DNA of 64,000 nt, taken from positions 21,935 to 85,934 of the forward strand of contig CBFDCR010000012.1 in NCBI GenBank assembly GCA_965603365.1, read 5' to 3'. This document shows, piece by piece, positions 26,128-35,183 of the stretch. The position numbers and the translations under genes are program-made. Under the pieces are notes generated by a model. It was not told the origin of the DNA. It made no database searches and worked only from the letters and a program-made list of their open reading frames with translations. The DNA is from an uncultured bacterium. Its GTDB lineage: Bacteria; Acidobacteriota; Aminicenantia; UBA2199. Within the stretch, counting starts at the first letter, position 1. The number at the start of each line of letters is the position of its first letter.

Positions 26128-27363
26128 ATGAAAAAGTGGGGAATTTATTTTGTTTTTTTTCTATTTTTTAGCCTATCTGCAACGGCCGAAGAGATCCACG
26201 TTCTGGCCGCCAATGGGGAGTTGACCAAAATTCAGGCCTTACTGCAAAAGCAGCCGGAGTTGGTAAACCGTCTGGATCAGGACAAATGGACGCCCCTGCA
26301 CTTTGCCGCTCTTGGGGGCCATCTTAAGGTGGCGGCGTGCCTGGTTGACCGGGGAGCAGAGGTCAATGCCGTGGATAAATATGGGTTGGCGCCCCTGGAT
26401 CTGGCGGCACTGAAAGAGTCCGACCCCCTGGTAGATCTGCTGATCCGCCGGGGCGCCGAAATACGCTCCCGGGAGGAAATATTGGATCGTCTGGGACAGC
26501 GCACCGAAATACCGGTGTTAAACTTCAAGAAGGAGTTGGTGGAACTGCTGGCCAGTAAGGGAATCACCCCGGAGGCGGGCTCCCGGAGCTTCAGCGCCAT
26601 TACCCTGGTGATGGCCATCATGAAGGTGAGGGAGGATGTGGCCGGTATTAAGGATTTAAAGGAGTTGGACCAGAGGCCGACGTTTCATCCGGGTACGACG
26701 TCGCTCCACCAGGCGGCCGAAAAAGGGGATTTGCCCCGGGTCAAATACCTGGTTCAGTCGAATCCCCGGGCGGTGAATGTGGGAGATGAGTTTGGCATTA
26801 CCCCCCTTCACTTTGCCGCCATCAACAACCAAAGGGAAGTCGTCGAATATTTGATTGCCCAGGGAGCCCTGATAAATACCAGAACCCACAAGGGTATAAC
26901 CCCTTTATACGGGGCCTGCAGCGAGGGCCGTAAGGAAATCGCAGCATTGCTGATTGCCAGGGGTGCGGTTGTCAATGCCGCCACTGTGGAGGGCGCTACC
27001 CCCCTTCATGCTGCCCCCACCCGGGAAGTAGCGGAACTGCTGATCAAGCATGGGGCAAAGGTGATGGCTCTGAACAAGTATGGCTATACCCCCCTGCACA
27101 TCGCCGCCCTCTACGGGCATACCGCAGTGGCCAGGTACCTGATCTCAAGGGGGGCGGGGGTCAATCAAAAGAACGTGTTTGGCTGGACCCCGTTAATGGA
27201 GGCGGTCTACGGTAACCATGGGGACGCGGTGCTGCTGCTGCTGGAAAAGGGGGCCTACGTTAATGCCAAAAATCAAAGCGGTTCCACCGCGCTGGAGATT
27301 GCTACTATTTTAAAAAGCCGTGAGATAGCCGCTATCCTCCGGAAACACGACGCCTTTCGCTGA
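26128..27363 (+). CDS. secreted ankyrin-repeat protein
   Basis: Signal peptide MKKWGIYFVFFLFFSLSATA and multiple TPLH[FI]AA...G....LL..GA..N repeats. Confidence 0.85.
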   Translation: MKKWGIYFVFFLFFSLSATAEEIHVLAANGELTKIQALLQKQPELVNRLDQDKWTPLHFAALGGHLKVAACLVDRGAEVNAVDKYGLAPLDLAALKESDPLVDLLIRRGAEIRSREEILDRLGQRTEIPVLNFKKELVELLASKGITPEAGSRSFSAITLVMAIMKVREDVAGIKDLKELDQRPTFHPGTTSLHQAAEKGDLPRVKYLVQSNPRAVNVGDEFGITPLHFAAINNQREVVEYLIAQGALINTRTHKGITPLYGACSEGRKEIAALLIARGAVVNAATVEGATPLHAAPTREVAELLIKHGAKVMALNKYGYTPLHIAALYGHTAVARYLISRGAGVNQKNVFGWTPLMEAVYGNHGDAVLLLLEKGAYVNAKNQSGSTALEIATILKSREIAAILRKHDAFR

Positions 27364-27368
27364 GGCTC

Positions 27369-27830
27369 TTATTGGGTGCGATCGGCATCCGGGTTATTGA
27401 ATGCTGCCAATTTTTGTTTTCGATTGCTGGTGGATATCCCCCCGGTATAGGGTAAATATATGACCTTCACCCCCACCCGGCACAGCTTTTCTTCGAATTT
27501 TTTGAAGCGTTCGGTATTGTACCAATCGTCGCCGATAAACATCACATCGAATTTTAATTTTTGCCACATTTCGTATTTGTCCAGGTGATCCTGGGGGATC
27601 GCCAGATCCACGTACTTGATACTCTGGACGATTTCGAGCCTTTCGGCGAAGGGCACCACCGCCCTCGCCCCTTTATACCCCACCAGCTCATCGATGGTAA
27701 CGCCCACGATTAAGCGGTCACACAGGGCCTTTGCCCTCTTTAATATATTTAAATGCCCGATGTGAAACAGGTCGAAAACGCCGCTGGTATAGCCGATAAC
27801 TTGTTTTTTTTCTTTCTTGTCCTTTTTCAT
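27369..27830 (-). CDS. cytidylyltransferase, glycerol-3-phosphate cytidylyltransferase (TagD)-like
   Basis: GYTSGVFDLFHIGHLNILKRAK (HxGH) and the ...STS... RTxGxST-like C-terminal motif. 153 aa. Confidence 0.75.
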   Translation of the reverse strand: MKKDKKEKKQVIGYTSGVFDLFHIGHLNILKRAKALCDRLIVGVTIDELVGYKGARAVVPFAERLEIVQSIKYVDLAIPQDHLDKYEMWQKLKFDVMFIGDDWYNTERFKKFEEKLCRVGVKVIYLPYTGGISTSNRKQKLAAFNNPDADRTQ

Positions 27831-28036
27831 TCTTTACCCTTTTCCTATATTCACAAGGTCATATAATAAAACATCCGCCATTATTGTGTCAATGCTTTGC
27901 CCCATTCTTATCGATATTTTATTTCGTTTTTCGTTTTCCCTTGAAATGTAGGGGCAAATTTAATAAAATGTTCGTCTATAAGATTAATTTTTTGTTAATG
28001 AAATTTGAAAAAAATGGAGCGAAGAGTCGAGAGACC

Positions 28037-28831
28037 ATGGCTGTAGAAAAGAAATTCACCTATAAGTATGATTTTCGCAAATCATTGAAGGAAGATTCCA
28101 GATATCCCATCCTGAATTATTTCCGGGTGGAGCGATACTTTACCCGGCCGCTGGCGTCGTTGATCGTGAAGGCCGTGATAAATACCCCCATCACCCCCAA
28201 CCAGATTACGGTTTTTTCCTTTTTCCTGGGGATTTGTGCCGGTATCTGCCTTTCCCTCGGTAAGCCCGGTTACTTTATGGCCGGCGGCATCCTGGCCCAG
28301 TTGTCCTCGATTTTTGACTGTTCCGACGGCATGCTGGCCCGGGCCAGGAATAGGTGCAGCGATTACGGCGCCTATCTGGATCTGTTCCTGGACCGCTTTG
28401 TCGATCTTTTCCTGCTTGGTGGCGGGGCGACCGGCTATTTTGTCTATTCAAAAGATTTAACATTTTTTATTGTATCCATCTTTGGCGTGGCGCTCTACTT
28501 TTTGCAGGTCTCCCTTTATTATCTCACCAAAATCTATAAGAAGAATACAAAGTTCGGTGAAGCCGCCGAAGCCCGGGGCTTATACATTTTTTTACTCTTT
28601 GTCTTTTCGCTGGCCAATCAAATGAAGCTGTTGATTTTAATTTATTTAACGGCCACGGTCAGCAACAACATCATCAAGATTATTAATTTAATCAGGTTGG
28701 GTATACTGAGTAAGAAGTCTGCTCTTCCTCCTTCTCAGCATGGGGATCAAACCGACCCCCGCCCACAGGAATCCCAATATGCGCCTGAAGATCACCAGGG
28801 CCACGCCGAAATCCATGGGAATACCCAGTAA
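28037..28831 (+). CDS. CDP-alcohol phosphatidyltransferase family protein
   Basis: DCSDGMLARARNRCSDYGAYLDLFLDRFVD matches DGx2ARx8Gx3Dx3D. Start uncertain (ATG 27998 or 28037). The 3' end overlaps the convergent gene by 144 nt. Confidence 0.75.
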   Translation: MAVEKKFTYKYDFRKSLKEDSRYPILNYFRVERYFTRPLASLIVKAVINTPITPNQITVFSFFLGICAGICLSLGKPGYFMAGGILAQLSSIFDCSDGMLARARNRCSDYGAYLDLFLDRFVDLFLLGGGATGYFVYSKDLTFFIVSIFGVALYFLQVSLYYLTKIYKKNTKFGEAAEARGLYIFLLFVFSLANQMKLLILIYLTATVSNNIIKIINLIRLGILSKKSALPPSQHGDQTDPRPQESQYAPEDHQGHAEIHGNTQ

Positions 28832-29683
28832 AGTAAATAGGGAGAGGTAGGTGACCTCGTAGATGCCTAAGGAGGCCGGCAGCCCGGGAAGTAAATAGGC
28901 AAACGATCCCAGGGTGATCAACAGGAAACTGTCCAGGAAGGTGATGTGTCCGGCACCGATGAATAAAAAGTTCACATAAATCTCCCCTGTCCACCACAAG
29001 ATCATCATGACGTATAAAATAAAGACCCCCGGAAAGGTTTTATGGTGATGGGCATAAAAATCGGAAATATAGGCATCGGTTTCCCGGATCTTTTGCCGGT
29101 TTTTCTCCAGGAATTTGAATTTTAATTTGACTTTTTTCAATAGATCGATGAGCCAGATAAAGAGGCCTTTTTTCTGCTTTTTGAGGATAAAAGCCCCTGA
29201 AAGGACGACCACTGCCGCCAGGGAAATAAACACCAGTCTCTGGCCGCCCGACATGGGGATCTTGATCAGGGCGATGGCCACCCCGATGACGACCAGCAAG
29301 GTGGTGGCCAGGAGTTCGATGGTTTTGTCCACCACTGCCGAAGCCAGGACTTTTTTGGGGGGAGCCGATTCCACCATTAAGACTTTAAAGGCTTCGCCGC
29401 CTATTTTGGAAGAGGGCGTCAGGGAGCCCACCGCATGGCCGGCAAGCCGGGCCCGCAGCAGATGCCACAGCGGGATGCGGCTCTCATACCGGGCCAGGAT
29501 GATCTGCCAGTTGAGGGCCCGGATCAGCCAGAATACGAGCCTCAAACAGAACAGGATCAGGAAGTTTTGCCAGGACATCTTCTGGATAATCTGCCAGATA
29601 TAGCGGGGGTCCAGTTTAACCAGAATATAAATAAACAGCCCCAGCCCGATAAAGGCCAGGATTCTTACAATTTTTTGCCGCAT
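28688..29683 (-). CDS. flippase-like / lysylphosphatidylglycerol-synthase TM-region (UPF0104) family membrane protein
   Basis: 331-aa polytopic protein. N-terminus (KIVRILAFIGLGLFIYILV) and overall pattern are typical of UPF0104. Confidence 0.55.
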   Translation of the reverse strand: MRQKIVRILAFIGLGLFIYILVKLDPRYIWQIIQKMSWQNFLILFCLRLVFWLIRALNWQIILARYESRIPLWHLLRARLAGHAVGSLTPSSKIGGEAFKVLMVESAPPKKVLASAVVDKTIELLATTLLVVIGVAIALIKIPMSGGQRLVFISLAAVVVLSGAFILKKQKKGLFIWLIDLLKKVKLKFKFLEKNRQKIRETDAYISDFYAHHHKTFPGVFILYVMMILWWTGEIYVNFLFIGAGHITFLDSFLLITLGSFAYLLPGLPASLGIYEVTYLSLFTLLGIPMDFGVALVIFRRILGFLWAGVGLIPMLRRRKSRLLTQYTQPD

Positions 29684-29757
29684 GCGGCTCCTTCACATTT
29701 GGGAATGATATTTATACCAGATCTGAATGTTAAATTCAAATCCCCAAACTGCGGCTT

Positions 29758-30759
29758 CTATTCATCCAGATTGTGCAGGTGAAGCTCCCACTCTTCTTCG
29801 TCCATGCTTTCTATGAGTTGATAAAGTTTGCCGTTTTTGACGGCAAAGGGATAGAGATCGGCGGAACTCATGTTTTTAAGGGGCAGTAATACCCTTTTCA
29901 AGAGTTTTCCTTTCAGATGAAATACCAGAATTTCGTAGTTTTCGTTCTCTTTTTTCCAGGTTATGGCATAGACTTTTTGGCCGTCGGCGGCGATCTCCCG
30001 CACCGCCGGGTAGCGGTCGGGAAATTTTATGGGTTTTAACATCTCGGAAAACTGTTTGATCTCGGGGTCTGTCTTTAAATAGTGGATGACCCGATTTTTG
30101 TCCTTTTCCGTGACTTTGATTCTCCGGTACTCTTTCGTTATGGCGTACAGTTTTTGGCCGTTTTCGTCGAAAACATCGATCACGAAGTCTTCTTTCACCG
30201 CGAGCAATAGCTTATCCCCGCAAATATCGGCAGACAGGGTTCTGGCAAAGGCTTTCGTACCCTTGCCCGGTTGAAATTCGACCTCCCATCTGGCTACCTC
30301 TTTTTCCTTTTTTACGGTTGCATCGTAGATGTTCATGGTGTTGTACAGGGTGCCGTCATCCACCACGATTCCGGCCCCGATAAATTTTTTCCCCAGCACC
30401 CGAAATCTCCGGTGATTGGCAGGGGTCCTCATCTCTTTGATAAATTTCCCCTCTTTTGTCAGGTACGAGAGCTTGCCCACGCTGTTGACGATTATGTGAT
30501 CAGCCTGGATGTCGATGAGGTAAATCTTATCCTTAAATTCTGCCGGGCCTTCCCCCTCCCGGCCGAACTGCTGGAGCAACCGGTAATCCTCCAGGGAATA
30601 GACAAAGACCGTTGTCCTGTCGGCCACATAGAGTCTATCTTCATCCACGGCCATGGCCCCGGGTTTCGTCAACTGGCTGAAGACCGCCACCCTTTTACCG
30701 AAAACCTGGGTTGAAAGTATAAAAAACAAGGCCAATAACAATAAAAGTAGTTTTTTCAT
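29758..30759 (-). CDS. six-bladed beta-propeller-like exported protein (paralogue of 20422-21471)
   Basis: Signal peptide MKKLLLLLLALFFILSTQVFG and FGREGEGPAEF motif. Start set at ATG 30759 behind AGGAGG. The track extension to 30879 has no support. Confidence 0.65.
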   Translation of the reverse strand: MKKLLLLLLALFFILSTQVFGKRVAVFSQLTKPGAMAVDEDRLYVADRTTVFVYSLEDYRLLQQFGREGEGPAEFKDKIYLIDIQADHIIVNSVGKLSYLTKEGKFIKEMRTPANHRRFRVLGKKFIGAGIVVDDGTLYNTMNIYDATVKKEKEVARWEVEFQPGKGTKAFARTLSADICGDKLLLAVKEDFVIDVFDENGQKLYAITKEYRRIKVTEKDKNRVIHYLKTDPEIKQFSEMLKPIKFPDRYPAVREIAADGQKVYAITWKKENENYEILVFHLKGKLLKRVLLPLKNMSSADLYPFAVKNGKLYQLIESMDEEEWELHLHNLDE

Positions 30760-30816
30760 GTTTCCTCCTGGACTTTTTAAATGAAAGCAAAGCTTTTTTT
30801 GTATCATTGTGCTATA

Positions 30817-30845
30817 ATAATAGAACAATAATGCAAATTTGTCAA
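30817..30845 (-). promoter_or_regulatory. promoter module (copy 2): TTGACA-17 nt-TATTAT, near-identical to 17690-17745
   Basis: Minus strand: TTGACAAATTTGCATTATTGTTCTATTATTATAGCACAATGATACAAAAA, compared with TTGACTTTTTTGTATTATTGTTCTATAATAATAGCACAATGAAACAAAAA at 17690. Confidence 0.55.
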
Positions 30846-30899
30846 CCCCAAAATTTTTTTTCTTGACTGCCCGAATCATGAACCGCGAATCAGGAAAGA

Positions 30900-31730
30900 T
30901 CAGGCCCCATCGATTCTGGTGAGTGCGTCTCTGGCGGCCATGGGCAGGCCGATGTGGCCGGGGGGGACCTGGGGTTCCCGGGTGTTGATGCGGATTAAGG
31001 TGGCATTATTGCCGGGGATCATGCCCTGGGCAGTCATGCGTACAGTGGGCACACCGGTGCCGGCGCCGCACTCCACAATCGCCATGGGTATTCGCCGGTT
31101 TTCCCTCACCCACCGGTTTAATCCCTGCTGCTGAAGGTCGGTGTTATGGGAGATCCAGTTCCAATCGCCGAACATCAGGATGTTGGGCCTGGCCATATCG
31201 CCGCAATGGGGGCAGCGGGGTAGGGGGGCCTGGGCCTGCATGGTCTCTTCATCTACCCTTACCCCAATATCTCCTGCCTCCCAGATGGCCTCGCCGCAGG
31301 GAGCCGAGCACTGCAGGTGGTGGATGGAGCCGTGACACTCCACCAGCCGGTCTTTGGCGAAACCGGCCTGCTGGAACTGGCCGTCCACGTTGGAGGTAAA
31401 GACAAAGTAACCGCCCGGTTTTTCCTCTCCCCATTTCAGCAGGATGTCGAATCCCTTATGAGGCGTGGTGCTGCGGTACAAATTCAAACGGTGACCGTAA
31501 AAACCCCAGGCTAAGTTTGGCTCCTGTTCAAACCAGTGGGGATTGGCCATGTCGATGAAACTGTAGCCCAACCTGGCAAAGGGTGGATAGGCCTTCCAGA
31601 AGCCCTGGTTGCCCCGGAAATCCGGCAGTCCCGAATCCACCCCCATGCCGGCCCCGGCACAGATAAACAGCGCCTCCGCCTCCCGGATACACCCTGCCGC
31701 CTGCCTGATCGATGTCTCTAAGTGTCCCAT
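30900..31730 (-). CDS. Sir2-family NAD-dependent deacylase
   Basis: GAGMGVDSGLPDFRG, zinc Cys pairs CHGSIHHLQC and CPHCGDMARPNILMFGD. Start set at Met 31730. The upstream extension runs into repeat R3. Confidence 0.8.
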   Translation of the reverse strand: MGHLETSIRQAAGCIREAEALFICAGAGMGVDSGLPDFRGNQGFWKAYPPFARLGYSFIDMANPHWFEQEPNLAWGFYGHRLNLYRSTTPHKGFDILLKWGEEKPGGYFVFTSNVDGQFQQAGFAKDRLVECHGSIHHLQCSAPCGEAIWEAGDIGVRVDEETMQAQAPLPRCPHCGDMARPNILMFGDWNWISHNTDLQQQGLNRWVRENRRIPMAIVECGAGTGVPTVRMTAQGMIPGNNATLIRINTREPQVPPGHIGLPMAARDALTRIDGA

Positions 31731-31774
31731 GTCCAGACCATTTATAACAAAAAAAACCGGAGAAATCAACAAAA

Positions 31775-31826
31775 GGCAAAACAGCCAACAACCAATAGCC
31801 AATTAATCATTGAATGTTGTTTGGCA
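31775..31826. repeat. partial copy R3 of the palindromic heptamer-repeat element
   Basis: GCAAAACAGCCAACAACCAATAGCCAAT matches the core of R1 and R2. Confidence 0.5.
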
Positions 31827-31872
31827 TAAGATGGAGAGTTTGCTATAATTATCTTTTTTTGATGGAGGATCA

Positions 31873-33288
31873 ATGGAGAAGCATGAAATATTTCAACTGA
31901 AGATTACGCTGGTCTATACGGATCCGCCTATATGGCGGCGCTTCCTGGTGGAGAACAATATTACCTTTGCTTCCTTGCATAGGGTGATTCAAGATGTCAT
32001 GGGCTGGGAATTCGATCATGCCTGGGAGTTTGAGATGAAAAAGCAGCGCATTCAGATGCCGGGAAGGAGTGAATCCATTTTCGGTGATTTTGAAAGTGAA
32101 TGTGCCGATGAGGTGGAGCTCCGGGATAAATTGGTGCGGGTGGGACAAAAATTTAAGTATACTTACGATTTCGGCGACGACTGGAAGCATGAGATCCTGT
32201 TTGAAAAGCGTTTGCCTGTGGAGGAGGGCCAATACTACCCCGTCTGCCTGGAGGGGGAGAGGGCCTGTCCACCGGAAGATTGCGGCGGTATCTGGGGCTT
32301 TTATGAAAAACTAAGGGTCATCCAGTCTTCCCCCCAAGATGATGATGACTGGGCCCGGGAGTGGATGGGGGGTTTTGATCCCGACGCCTTCGACATAGAT
32401 GAAGTAAACAAGGCCCTCAGGAGCGGCCGCAGCCTGGGGGGGCACGATGAAGAGGTGGTGGAAAATTTTCTCGAGTTTGCCGGTGAGCCTTTTACATTGG
32501 AGAAGCTCTTCGAGGAGGCCGGCATCGATCCCACAGGGGAACATGCCGCCAGCGTACGGACTGACATCTGGGGAGATGATGAACTCGTCCTGGATCAGGA
32601 TAAGGCATATCCCTCGAGCTACGTCTTGAAGAACGCTTCGATTTTGATCCGGCCCGACGCATTTGAGATCGAACAGGGAATACTGATTCCCGGACAGCGC
32701 CTGTTTCCCTTTTATTATGAGGATGAATATGTTGAAGGCTTTGAGTTGCAGTATAAATACGAGTCCCTGGCAGTAAAAGGGATATCCCTTGAACAGGGAG
32801 ATGTGGATCGCTATTTCGGTTTAATGGCAGATGAGGGCATTCCCCTGGCCGATTTGGACGACTACCCTGAGGAGGAGGGAGAAGGAGAGGCGGTGCGGCT
32901 AATGGTCTGGGATTTAAGCCCCCTGTATCGCACCTGTCAGTTTGAACCGGGCCAGGCTGTCCTGGTAAAGCCCCTCGATATTGGTACCCGCGAGTTTGAG
33001 GTCAAATACTTCTCTCCCCAGAAACTGGAAAAGAAGTGGCCCCGAATCGAGCAGGCGGGGGCACAATTTTTAGAGATTCTAAAAGAAGTGCTGCAGCGAG
33101 ATATCCCCTTTACCTCCATTACCCACCAGATGCTCTATGCCTATTACGAGTTCGGCAAAAAGCACGGTTGGGAACTCCCCTTGCCGGACCTCGACGCCCT
33201 CCTGAAACAGGCCCCCCACATCACCGCCTTCACCCCGGAAACCGGCCCCAAACGCCTCAGCCTCACCACCGACCCACATTCCACCTGA
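31873..33288 (+). CDS. pRiA4b ORF-3-like family protein with long C-terminal extension
   Basis: N-terminus IFQLKITLVYTDPPIWRRFLVENNITFASLHRVIQDVMGWEFDHAWEF is the hallmark of this family. Confidence 0.7.
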   Translation: MEKHEIFQLKITLVYTDPPIWRRFLVENNITFASLHRVIQDVMGWEFDHAWEFEMKKQRIQMPGRSESIFGDFESECADEVELRDKLVRVGQKFKYTYDFGDDWKHEILFEKRLPVEEGQYYPVCLEGERACPPEDCGGIWGFYEKLRVIQSSPQDDDDWAREWMGGFDPDAFDIDEVNKALRSGRSLGGHDEEVVENFLEFAGEPFTLEKLFEEAGIDPTGEHAASVRTDIWGDDELVLDQDKAYPSSYVLKNASILIRPDAFEIEQGILIPGQRLFPFYYEDEYVEGFELQYKYESLAVKGISLEQGDVDRYFGLMADEGIPLADLDDYPEEEGEGEAVRLMVWDLSPLYRTCQFEPGQAVLVKPLDIGTREFEVKYFSPQKLEKKWPRIEQAGAQFLEILKEVLQRDIPFTSITHQMLYAYYEFGKKHGWELPLPDLDALLKQAPHITAFTPETGPKRLSLTTDPHST

Positions 33289-33527
33289 CCCTTCCATTTT
33301 CCCCATAATGATAAAAAAACAGTCGATAACGGGCACTATTCATTCATTCAGGCTTCAACCAGGCCATTAAAGAATAAAAGATGTGGATAAAGATATTGCC
33401 AAAATGGGCGGAAAGTGTTAAATATATAGACGTTATGAGAAACGATGTGGGAACTTTCGCTCGATTTATACGTTTTGTTAAATATGAGGATTAAACTATA
33501 AAAAAAATCGAAATCAGGAGTGTAGGT

Positions 33528-34694
33528 ATGACAGGATTGAGAAAGTTTATCGGTTTTTTGATTCTCCTGTTGATGGGGATTCCGATACTGTTCGGTATCA
33601 TCTGGGCGGTCGGCCTGACCAAGGCAGCCGTTTCGCCCGAGATGGTGTCGGAACTGCCCCGGGAGATTATCGAGGGGGTACCGGCTTATATGGATGAGTT
33701 TATTGCCGCCGCCCAGAAGGAAGACGTGTATATGGACGACAATGAGCGGGCCTGGCTCAATGCCCTGGCAGAGGCCGATATATCCATACGGGATTTGATG
33801 CAGGATACCGGCATTTCCGGCTGGCTGGAAGGGGAGTTGGCCGACTCTCTGGAAGCCCTGGGGGCCGTGCTGCGGGGAGAACGGCGGCCGGACCCGGTGG
33901 TGCTGGACTTCCGTCCCTTAAAGAAGGCGCTGCAGCATGAGGCCATCGATAAGTATTTGCTGAAGGTGCTGGAGAAGCTGCCCCCCTGTTCCGAAGACCA
34001 ACTGGAGGAGTGGAGGGATGCGGCCCTGCACCCCGGTTTTGTGGATATCGAAGATCTGCCGGCCTGCCGACCGGCTGGAGGTGTGGTGGCCGAATACCTG
34101 AAGGTGGCCAAGGCCGAGATGGTATGGGATATGCCGGACGAGGTGGAACTGTTTGAAGGGATTCACCGCTTTCCCCGGGGCCTGAACATCGCCCAATCCG
34201 CGGTCTCCCTCTCCCTGGTTCTCTTCTTGATACCCGCGGCCTTCATTTTCCTGGGCGCCCTGGTGGCCGCCACTTCTAAGGCCAGTTTCTTCCGCTGGAG
34301 CGGTGTCTCTACTTTAGTAGGCGGCCTGTCTGCCCTGGGCCTGGCCTATTTTGCCAAAAATATCGTGCCCTGGGCCATCCATATGTCCTCCTACCACTAT
34401 TCGGAGTGGACCCGGTTGGAGGAACTGGCGGTGGAAAAACTGGGCGGATTGGGCATCGTATTGACCGATTACCTGTTCTCGCCGGTGATATCCGTGGCCG
34501 GTGTCGTCTGTGTGATCGGCGTGATCCTCTTTGCCCTCTCCTTTGCCTTCACCACCGCGGCCCCCGCTGAACCCAGACCCCAGACCCAGCCCCAACCTCA
34601 GCCCACACCGGGCGGCGAACCGATCCCGTCGACACCATCGGAACCCCAGGCAGCAGAGGAATCCCCAAAACCGGAGGCGCCAAAAGAGTCGTAG
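33528..34694 (+). CDS. hypothetical membrane protein with Pro/Gln-rich tail
   Basis: N-terminal TM, large soluble region, a C-terminal TM cluster, and PRPQTQPQPQPTPGGEP low-complexity tail. Confidence 0.5.
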   Translation: MTGLRKFIGFLILLLMGIPILFGIIWAVGLTKAAVSPEMVSELPREIIEGVPAYMDEFIAAAQKEDVYMDDNERAWLNALAEADISIRDLMQDTGISGWLEGELADSLEALGAVLRGERRPDPVVLDFRPLKKALQHEAIDKYLLKVLEKLPPCSEDQLEEWRDAALHPGFVDIEDLPACRPAGGVVAEYLKVAKAEMVWDMPDEVELFEGIHRFPRGLNIAQSAVSLSLVLFLIPAAFIFLGALVAATSKASFFRWSGVSTLVGGLSALGLAYFAKNIVPWAIHMSSYHYSEWTRLEELAVEKLGGLGIVLTDYLFSPVISVAGVVCVIGVILFALSFAFTTAAPAEPRPQTQPQPQPTPGGEPIPSTPSEPQAAEESPKPEAPKES

Positions 34695-34826
34695 ACATTT
34701 TGCAGGTGACTGGCTGTGAAAAAAGTGTAAAAAGTTTAAAATTGGGTTGACTTTCTGTCGGTGCATCTATAAAATAGGGACGGAGTTTATGTATTTGAAA
34801 TTACAATTATATATGGGAGGCTTTAA

Positions 34827-35183
34827 ATGAAATTTTTAACCACGACCCTTGCCAGGATTTTGTTTGCCCTGCCTTTTGGTGTATTTGGTGTCTTGCATTT
34901 TATCAATGCCGGGATGATGCAGGGAATCGTTCCTTCTTTCATGCCGTTTAAGGCATTCTGGGTGTATCTAACCGGTGTGGCTTTAATCCTGGCCTGTATC
35001 AGTATCCTCACCAAGGTTCAGATCAAATTGGCTTCACTGCTGCTCGCCTTAATGCTCCTTATATTTGTATTGACCATTCATCTTCCCGCTGCCATAAAGG
35101 GCATGTCATTGGTCAACCTGTTGAAAGATATCAGTCTGGCTGCTGCTGCCCTCCTGGTGGCCGGGGGCTGCGGTAAAGATTAA
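34827..35183 (+). CDS. DoxX-family membrane protein
   Basis: 118 aa, four hydrophobic helices, DoxX-like ARILFALPFGVFGVLHF. Confidence 0.6.
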   Translation: MKFLTTTLARILFALPFGVFGVLHFINAGMMQGIVPSFMPFKAFWVYLTGVALILACISILTKVQIKLASLLLALMLLIFVLTIHLPAAIKGMSLVNLLKDISLAAAALLVAGGCGKD

